A stretch of 13,068 nucleotides of DNA from a bacterium (GTDB lineage: Bacteria > Zhuqueibacterota > Zhuqueibacteria > Oceanimicrobiales > Oceanimicrobiaceae): the NCBI GenBank assembly GCA_046757525.1, contig JBHHYI010000116.1, positions 1 through 13,068 of the forward strand. Reading direction: 5' to 3'. Below, piece after piece: positions 1 to 6,289 of the stretch. Position 1 is the first letter of the stretch. Each line of letters starts with the position of its first letter. Under the pieces are notes generated by a model, which was not told the DNA's origin, ran no database searches, and saw nothing but the letters and a program-made list of their open reading frames with translations. Position numbers and translations under genes: made by a program.

Positions 1-400
1 TTCGGAGCAATTGGACCCTTGGTGGATTGCATTAAACATCCGTCATGACGCTGAGTCTCATCGCCTTGAGAAGTATTTCACGGGCACTACAATTAAGCAT
101 TTAACGGGGAGGTCACTTGCCAAATACGAATTTGCACTTCCTCCCCTTAAAGAACAAAAAGAAATTGTCAAACGCGTCGAAGCGCTATTCAAAATCGCCG
201 ACCAGGTCGAGGCGCACTACCGGAAAGCCAAAGCCCAGGTGGACAAGCTCACGCAAACCATCCTCGCCAAAGCCTTCCGCGCCAAGCTGGTGCCGCAAGA
301 CCCGAATGATGAGCCGGCGGAGAGGCTGCTGGAGCGGATAAAGGCATCGAAGCAGGAACGAGAATTCAGCGGCAAAAAAAGAAAGAGTCGAAATGGGTGA
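1..400 (+). CDS. hsdS: Type I restriction-modification specificity subunit, C-terminal part (5' truncated by window edge)
   Basis: Frame is open from base 2 (SEQLDPWW...). End of a target recognition domain (TGTTIKHLTG...ALPPLKEQKEIVKRVEALF), then the conserved helical tail ILAKAFRAKLVPQDPNDEPAERLLERIK typical of HsdS. The TTG start at 11 is an ORF-caller artefact. Confidence 0.92.
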   Translation, partial: SEQLDPWWIALNIRHDAESHRLEKYFTGTTIKHLTGRSLAKYEFALPPLKEQKEIVKRVEALFKIADQVEAHYRKAKAQVDKLTQTILAKAFRAKLVPQDPNDEPAERLLERIKASKQEREFSGKKRKSRNG

Positions 401-457
401 CATCAAGCTCTTTAGACTCGTAAGCATCACGGAGTTCACAACAAAAGGAGATGTTCT

Positions 458-1198
458 ATGGACAGAATCACACAATATCAGCGCGAGTGTTGGGAGTCGT
501 ACAAGTCAGCAATAGAGCTGCCTGACAACTACACCTACTATTACGGCAATCCGGTTAAAGTCCATGTTCCGGTAGAAACCGCAACCCACGGTCTGATGAT
601 TGTCGGGGCTTATCCCACGGCACACTTTCACACCATCGACGGGATACCTGATGTGCCGGTGGCGGACCATCTTTACCCATTCAGCTCCGAGAAATATTTT
701 GATGGCAGTCGAGTACGCCCTGTTAATTCCGGTGAGGAGTTGGAGGGGCATTACCTTAAACCACTCCGCTGGACAAGAGACAAGTGCTGGATCACTGATC
801 TCGTCAAGGTTTTTCTGTTCAAAGGAGGACATGTGGAGCGGTACTGCAAGTTAGGAAAAAATAACACCATGGCCACCCGACAGCAATTCTCACAGTATGC
901 CAGAAAGAGTCTTGACTTTTTGTACAGGGAAATCGAGTTGGCTCAACCGCTTGCGATTTTATTACTGGGTGTGGAAGTAACGTCTGTTGTACTCGGTTGC
1001 AGTGAAACCAAAGCCGTAGAGCTGATGACTCCGTCAGCAATCAATAAGGAAATCAATGGCGTTGATTATATCTTTTTCCCGCTACCACATCCAGGTATTG
1101 TTATGCGAAATTCTGAAAGAGGGAAGTATTGGCAACATAAGTTGAGAAGCGAATTTCTCCCGAATCTCGAAAAGCATCTTGAGAAGTTTGTGAATTAA
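458..1198 (+). CDS. Uracil-DNA glycosylase superfamily-like protein (divergent), 246 aa
   Basis: RBS AAGGAG 445-450. UDG-fold motifs in the expected order: LMIVGAYP (motif A-like), CWITDLVK (cf. YITNxVK), LYREIELAQPLAILLLG (cf. EIxxxxPxxIxxLG), FFPLPHPG (motif B-like HP). Confidence 0.75.
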   Translation: MDRITQYQRECWESYKSAIELPDNYTYYYGNPVKVHVPVETATHGLMIVGAYPTAHFHTIDGIPDVPVADHLYPFSSEKYFDGSRVRPVNSGEELEGHYLKPLRWTRDKCWITDLVKVFLFKGGHVERYCKLGKNNTMATRQQFSQYARKSLDFLYREIELAQPLAILLLGVEVTSVVLGCSETKAVELMTPSAINKEINGVDYIFFPLPHPGIVMRNSERGKYWQHKLRSEFLPNLEKHLEKFVN

Positions 1199-1329
1199 GA
1201 CTTCAAAGAATCCGTGCCAGGCCTCGTGCCGGTTTGCTGCCAGGACGTTGCCAAATTACGATTCTCATGAAGAAAAGGCCTGTCGCCCGAGATCGCAGTA
1301 CCTGAGCCCCAAACCCAGTCAATAAGTGC

Positions 1330-2382
1330 TTAACGGCGGCCTGACCTGGCCCCGTGCAGCTCCACCACGCCGGCTTTCTCTAACAGCCAGAAATACTGCT
1401 CGATCTCGACCAGGGGAACTGGACCAAACTCGGCGGCTACCCGATCGCGAATCTCACCCAAATTGCGCTCGCCGTCGGCGAAGTTCAGGGCTTCGTACCA
1501 GTAATACAGACCGCGGCGAGCCAATTGAAGCTTTTGCAGAAAATCAGGGTCTTCTAATTTCTCCTTGAGCCAATCCTGCCCGTATTGGTGACGAAAAATG
1601 TTGACCGGGCCGCGTATTTTCGCGTTCCGCTGGGGAACCATGAGGGCCACATCCTCCCTGCGAGGTGGCGCTGGCTTGAGGGCACCCCAGCCTCTCATCT
1701 TGCTAAGCGGGGCGGCCTGCTCTTTGGCACGCTGCTGAGCGCTGGCCTCGCCCCTGGCCAATGCGGACACGGCTTTCTGCAGGTAACGCCCGGCTTCCCC
1801 CTGGCCTGCGAAGACCTCCAGACTCTGGAACGCTGCGGCTTCCCGACGGTAAGCTTGTCGAATAAGGTTGATGGCCTCCCGGTAGTCTTCTGCGGCCGAT
1901 TCTTTGCTGGTCTGCTCCAGCAAGTCGGCCACCCGCCGCTCCTCACGAGCCAATCGAATGCGGGCCTTTTCAAGCGCATTCTGGGTCAAGGCCGGAATCT
2001 GCGCGGGACCCGCCGAAGCCATGATGTAGGCCGCGGCGCCAGCAATCACAATGGCCCGTTTCATCTGTGTGGCATCCGCCCGCTCACGCGTGTCTTCCTG
2101 AGTCCCGATGTAAGGAAACTCTTCTATCTTCACATCCGACAGACCCCATTGCTGCGCATGTTCGGCAATATATTCTGCGGTCTGTTCCGCACCTAAAGAC
2201 GGCGCAAAGCCGGAAAAATTGGCCCCGATGTAGGAAAAATGATTCAAACCTCTCTCGCCAGAACTTTCGGCGATGAGCGCGTTCATGACCTCAGCATCGA
2301 TCAAAGTGGAAGTTTGACCGTAGATTTGGCGTCCGTTACTCAGTAACAGCGCCAGCACGCATGCTATGATTTCTCTTTTCAT
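1330..2382 (-). pseudogene. M28/DUF4910-type secreted aminopeptidase-like ORF (350 aa), apparently lacking the central catalytic region; probable in-frame deletion
   Basis: ATG at 2382 with GGAGG RBS (2391-2387) and signal-peptide-like MKREIIACVLALLLS. N-terminal block (ESSGERG...AEYIAEHAQQWGLSDVKIEEFP) runs directly into the family's C-terminal block (YIGTQEDTRERADATQMKRA...YEALNFADGERNLGEIRDRVAAEFGPVPL...LLEKAGVV). No GAxDNxSG or other zinc-ligand motifs. The frame is intact, so pseudogene status is inferred. Confidence 0.6.
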
Positions 2383-2646
2383 AAATCCTCCAACCGGAAT
2401 AATTCCTAAACCGTAAGCTATCGAGAAATACAAATCTGAATAAAATGCCGCATCGTTGTCCAGGTCACAAGAGACCGTCTTTTCGCCCTCTGCTGCTCTT
2501 TGGGACCTCCTCTTCAATGAATCGGCGTCCTCGCCCGCAGGCTCCTTCGAATCAGTCATTAGCCCGACACCCCTTGCAATAACCAAAATCGCTACCACGT
2601 TGTCAAGAAAAAAATTCTCCGCAAAGAACGGTTTCGGATTTAGTGC

Positions 2647-2675
2647 TTGCATTTATGAATGGTGTGAACTAACTT
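2647..2675 (+). promoter_or_regulatory. Putative sigma70 promoter for the oxidoreductase
   Basis: TTGCAT (2647-2652), 17 nt spacer, TAACTT (2670-2675). Confidence 0.45.
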
Positions 2676-2738
2676 CCTTGCAAGATTTGGTGCGCTGTCA
2701 GTTCAACAGCCGTTTAAAGGAGTCGAGCAAGATTTCCA

Positions 2739-3770
2739 ATGCAACAGATTAAACTTGGCGTCATCGGAACCGGCCTGGCTGCCGAATTCTTGCACTGGCC
2801 TGCCTTGAAGCAGCTCCAGGCCCAGTTTAGAATAACCGCTGTCTGTAACCGCACGGTGGCGAAGGCGATTCGTTTTGCAAAACTGGTGGGCTGCACAAAC
2901 TGGTACTCCGACTACCGCGAAATGCTCGCCAAAGAGGACCTGGAGGCTATGTTTGTTTGCACGCCTATTTTTCTCAACTACCGGGTAAGCAGGGATTGTA
3001 TTCTCGCCGGCAAACACGTCTTATGCGAAAAACCGCCGGGAGTCAATTTGGACGAAGCACAAAAGATGGTCGAGCTTGCAAAAACCAGCGACCGCGTTCT
3101 CATGATCGGTGAAAATTATTACTACCGGGAAGACCTGAGGCGAGCAAAAAAGATCGTTGAGGCCGGAGAAATAGGCGAGCCGTTCCTCATCCGTATCGCA
3201 ACCCTGATGAAAATCAGCGCGGAGGAAATGTGGACTTCTCGCAAGTGGCGCATTCATCCAGCTCACCGCGGCGGCATTGTTTCCGACGCGGGGGTGCACC
3301 ACATGGCCGCTTTTCGCCTGCTGGCTGGCGAAGTAGACGAAGTGTTTGCTTACGAGTTAGATGTGTATCCCGGGGTGCAAGACTCAGATAATTTGTTCTT
3401 GAATTTGCGATTTACCAACGGCGTTATTGGGCAGTACACGGCTTGCTACTCGGCCATCCTAAAGAGTCCTGTGCCGTTCCGAACCGAAGTCTATGGCGAC
3501 CGGGGCAGCGTGCTCATTGACGACGGCGTGCTGGAACTCTTTCTGGAAGGCGACAAAGCCAGTGAAATCATCCGGTTAGGGGATTTCGATTTTGGTTTCA
3601 CGAATCAGTGGCTGGATTTCTACCAAGCCATCACAAACGGCATTGAGGTCCTCGGCACACCGGCAAGAACTTACAAGGATTTTGAGCTCGTTCTAAAGGG
3701 ATTGGAGTCAGCGCACCAGAGGACGCCGATTCAGATGAATCCCACCATGCAGCAGGGCGCCACGCCCTAA
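2739..3770 (+). CDS. Gfo/Idh/MocA family NAD(P)-dependent oxidoreductase
   Basis: Rossmann motif KLGVIGTG, AGKHVLCEKP, GGIVSDAGVHH (cf. GGxxxDxGxH), 343 aa. Confidence 0.93.
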   Translation: MQQIKLGVIGTGLAAEFLHWPALKQLQAQFRITAVCNRTVAKAIRFAKLVGCTNWYSDYREMLAKEDLEAMFVCTPIFLNYRVSRDCILAGKHVLCEKPPGVNLDEAQKMVELAKTSDRVLMIGENYYYREDLRRAKKIVEAGEIGEPFLIRIATLMKISAEEMWTSRKWRIHPAHRGGIVSDAGVHHMAAFRLLAGEVDEVFAYELDVYPGVQDSDNLFLNLRFTNGVIGQYTACYSAILKSPVPFRTEVYGDRGSVLIDDGVLELFLEGDKASEIIRLGDFDFGFTNQWLDFYQAITNGIEVLGTPARTYKDFELVLKGLESAHQRTPIQMNPTMQQGATP

Positions 3771-3797
3771 GCCGGGGCGCAGGCCCTCAAAAATAAC

Positions 3798-3825
3798 TTG
3801 CATATTTTTAAAAAACTTTTAAATT
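3798..3825 (+). promoter_or_regulatory. Putative sigma70 promoter of the tRNA pair
   Basis: TTGCAT (3798-3803), 16 nt AT-rich spacer, TAAATT (3820-3825), just upstream of tRNA-His. Confidence 0.55.
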
Positions 3826-3836
3826 AAGGGGGTTTC

Positions 3837-3910
3837 GGTGAGCGTAGCTCAACTGGTAGAGCACCAGACTGTGGATCTGGTCGTTGGGGGTTCAAGTCCC
3901 CTCGCTCACC
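3837..3910 (+). tRNA. tRNA-His (GTG)
   Basis: Acceptor GTGAGCG/CGCTCAC with encoded G-1 (3837) and C discriminator (3910); D arm GCTC/GAGC; anticodon stem CCAGA/TCTGG with GTG at 3871-3873; T loop TTCAAGT. CCA not encoded. Confidence 0.97.
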
Positions 3911-3922
3911 CTCCTGCAACAC

Positions 3923-3998
3923 GTCCCCATCGTCTAGTGGCCTAGGACTCGGGATTTTCGATCCCGCAACAGGGGTTCGACTCCCCTTGGGGACGCCA
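3923..3998 (+). tRNA. tRNA-Glu (TTC)
   Basis: Acceptor GTCCCCA/TGGGGAC; anticodon stem CGGGA/TCCCG with TTC at 3957-3959; short variable loop; T arm AGGGG-TTCGACT-CCCCT; encoded CCA 3996-3998. Confidence 0.97.
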
Positions 3999-4009
3999 GC
4001 ACCACTGAC

Positions 4010-4053
4010 AAGGGCGGCGGCGACTTCGTAATCGCACGAACCGCCCTTTTATT
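4010..4053 (+). terminator. Probable intrinsic terminator after the tRNAs
   Basis: AAGGGCGG (4010-4017) pairs with CCGCCCTT (4041-4048), inner TTCGT/ACGAA stem, followed by a T-rich tail. Confidence 0.65.
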
Positions 4054-4171
4054 GTTGTGTAAGTTCAGAAAATGAACTTGCCTTAAAACTGCAAATTGAA
4101 CCCTTTGTAATTATTTTATGGTACATTGGGCTCATGAAATTGGAGACGCAAGAAATTCAAAGGGACTCGGC

Positions 4172-4804
4172 ATGCGAATCATATTAATCGGACCACCGGG
4201 CTCGGGCAAAGGGACCCAGGCCAAGAGACTCGTAAAAAAACTGGGAATCCTTCACATCTCCTCGGGCGACATGCTGAGAGAGGCTGTGGCCCAGGGCACC
4301 AGACTTGGTTTGCAGGCGGAAGCCTTCATGAGACAAGGTGCGCTGGTACCAGATTCCCTGGTCATCGACATGATCATGGCGCGCATTTCACAAGCAGATT
4401 GTAAAGAAGGGTTTGTGCTCGACGGTTTTCCGCGCACGCTGCCTCAGGCGGAAGCCCTCGATACGGCACTCCTCGCCGCCGAGGTCGAGATCAACCACGT
4501 GCCCCTCCTACTCGTACCAGACGAATTGATCATCACCAGAATTACAGACCGGGTCATGGATCCGGTGACTGGCAAAATCTACCATCTGATATTCAACCCA
4601 CCGCCAGACCAGGTTCTCCACCGCGTCGTTCATCGAAAAGACGACGCTTTGGAAACCGTCACGAATCGGCTGGCCAAATACCATGAGCAGACAGAAGCCC
4701 TCATCCCGTTTTATGAAAGAAAAAATCTGCTGAGAAAAATCTGTGGTGTGGGCACGATAGAAGAAGTCGAAAACAGCCTGCTCACCGCATTAGGCGTCGC
4801 TTGA
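4172..4804 (+). CDS. adk: Adenylate kinase (210 aa)
   Basis: MRIILIGPPGSGKGTQA P-loop, HISSGDMLR, GFVLDGFPRTLPQA, LID region RVMDPVTGKIYHLIFNPP, RKDD. Start placed at 4172 to match the family N-terminus; an extended -10-like TGGTACATT (4119-4127) overlaps the longer ORF start. Confidence 0.96.
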   Translation: MRIILIGPPGSGKGTQAKRLVKKLGILHISSGDMLREAVAQGTRLGLQAEAFMRQGALVPDSLVIDMIMARISQADCKEGFVLDGFPRTLPQAEALDTALLAAEVEINHVPLLLVPDELIITRITDRVMDPVTGKIYHLIFNPPPDQVLHRVVHRKDDALETVTNRLAKYHEQTEALIPFYERKNLLRKICGVGTIEEVENSLLTALGVA

Positions 4805-5064
4805 TCTACAGAAAATTTTGCGCCGATATTTCCCGGTCGCCGTGCATGATTTTGAGGGAAATACCGACGCACGAATTCAGACGGAAACCGCTAACACGCT
4901 TGCAGTCTATCTCAAGCGAGGTTTCCAGACAGACACTCGCAATAGTTACAATCGAATGGAATAAATATTCCAGAAGGAAACGCTTGGGGGACCGTGGCCC
5001 GTTTTTCCCGGGCAACAATCAACTGGTCAAAAAAGTGCAAGAGGCAAATTCTAAGGAGAGTGCA

Positions 5065-5373
5065 ATGGTTAAAAACTCAACTCTACTCAAGCGCAAGATT
5101 TCAGCCGAGGAAGCGCATGCGAACTACATCATGATTCAGAAACGAGACCTGGATTTTTTCCCAAAAGTGGGCAAACCGTTTAAGTTAAAGGTGGCAGACA
5201 AGGACTTTGAGATTTTTGTCAAAGCGGTAGAGTGCTGGTGTCAAGGCCCGAAAAAGCCACACAGCCATTATCGCATAGACGCAACGCCTTTTCGGGAATT
5301 GATCAAACTCAATTGGGGGACCAAGATCGTTATTGAAAAAAAGGGAGAAACGGAGTACCAATTGGAGGCTTAA
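5065..5373 (+). CDS. Small basic hypothetical protein (102 aa) with CxCxGPxxPHxH motif
   Basis: Strong RBS AAGGAG 5053-5058 before ATG 5065; beta-strand-like patterning; CWCQGPKKPHSH. Confidence 0.8.
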   Translation: MVKNSTLLKRKISAEEAHANYIMIQKRDLDFFPKVGKPFKLKVADKDFEIFVKAVECWCQGPKKPHSHYRIDATPFRELIKLNWGTKIVIEKKGETEYQLEA

Positions 5374-5439
5374 AGTCCGGCACACCTTGCTTCAGGAAAA
5401 CCCGGGATTACCTCCCAAACGTGCAAGGCTCAAGGCCAC

Positions 5440-5475
5440 AAAACCAAAAAGGCAGCGTTCCTCCGCTACGCTGCC
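5440..5475 (-). terminator. Intrinsic terminator on the minus strand (possibly bidirectional) between convergent genes
   Basis: GGCAGCGT (5451-5458) / ACGCTGCC (5468-5475) stem with 9 nt loop; minus strand continues TTTTTGGTTTT. Confidence 0.7.
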
Positions 5476-5589
5476 CGGTAGTGCAATTCATAATTATCGT
5501 TACAAACCCTGGCAGGGCTAATATGTTAACTGAGAAACGATGGTCTAGTCTGTCAAACTCATTTGAAAGATGTGGAGAAGGGCTTGGAT

Positions 5590-6006
5590 TCAACGAAACA
5601 TTGCCTTGATACTGCCCCAGGTTTGACGTGCACTAGAGATGGTTGGCGTGGCCGAAATCTCCTTTGAATACGTGAAGGAACCATCCTTGTCCATGATTTT
5701 CAGGCGATAAAAAAAGTTTCTGCTGGTCTGCTTAAATACGGTCTTATCTTCGTAACTGTAATTTTTCTTATCCTGTTGACCAGTTATGGCTTTGACGAAT
5801 CCTATTTCCTTAAAATTATTCTTCTCGAAGCCCCGTTGAACTTCAAATCCTTTCAAATTAACTTCGTTTTGACTCGACCACTTCAGCGCCACCTTGTTGA
5901 AACCGGGCTCGGCGCGAAAGTCTATTATGATAGCCCCGGCATATAATAAAGGTACAATAACACAAAAACACAGCCATACCAACAACATCAACTTTGTTTT
6001 TTGCAT
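5590..6006 (-). CDS. Secreted small beta-sandwich (FnIII/Ig-like) protein with C-terminal TWGxIKxxFR motif (138 aa)
   Basis: Signal peptide MQKTKLMLLVWLCFCVIVPLLYA; VALKWSSQNEVNLKGFEVQR...YSYEDK...FYRLKIMDKDGSFTYS resembles the FnIII-like module of FCB secreted proteins; ends RQTWGSIKAMFR. Start could be further upstream (6063). Confidence 0.85.
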   Translation of the reverse strand: MQKTKLMLLVWLCFCVIVPLLYAGAIIIDFRAEPGFNKVALKWSSQNEVNLKGFEVQRGFEKNNFKEIGFVKAITGQQDKKNYSYEDKTVFKQTSRNFFYRLKIMDKDGSFTYSKEISATPTISSARQTWGSIKAMFR

Positions 6007-6289
6007 GCGTTGCTCAAGGTTTAACTTCCTGTTAAAACACCTTAATTTCTTTGACATCTTCAAAACAATAAAATAAATAATCTTCCGACAAAATCAAGAG
6101 TTTTTTTACAAATCTCCATGAAAGTGCATGATTTTCTCCTCAGCGCCCGCCGGAAGCCGTGCCTTGAAGCAGATTTTCCGGAAGCCGCGGCATTTTCTTG
6201 TCTATCGGAAACCAACGGCCCAAACCTAAGCCTTCAATAAGTTGCCATTCTTGTCGATAACAACTTAAGAGAATAACGCCTTAAACCAA

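Noticed and set aside
2383..2652. 90-codon N-terminal extension of the 1330..2652 ORF
   Set aside because: GGAGG RBS and a signal peptide mark ATG 2382 as the start; the extension covers the divergent promoter region
4118..4171. Longer adk start at 4118
   Set aside because: Family N-terminus begins at MRIILIG (4172) and a -10-like element overlaps 4119-4127
4960..5030. GGGGGACC resembling part of a c-di-AMP (ydaO) riboswitch
   Set aside because: Other conserved elements are missing or in the wrong order; an Rfam scan would settle it
4801..5064. 190-aa version of the small protein starting at TTG 4801
   Set aside because: Strong RBS at 5053-5058 supports ATG 5065; the upstream part is hairpin- and promoter-like
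4842..6135. 12-mer GTGCATGATTTT at 4842-4853 and 6124-6135, both intergenic
   Set aside because: A 12-bp match is expected by chance in 13 kb; no extension or consistent position relative to genes
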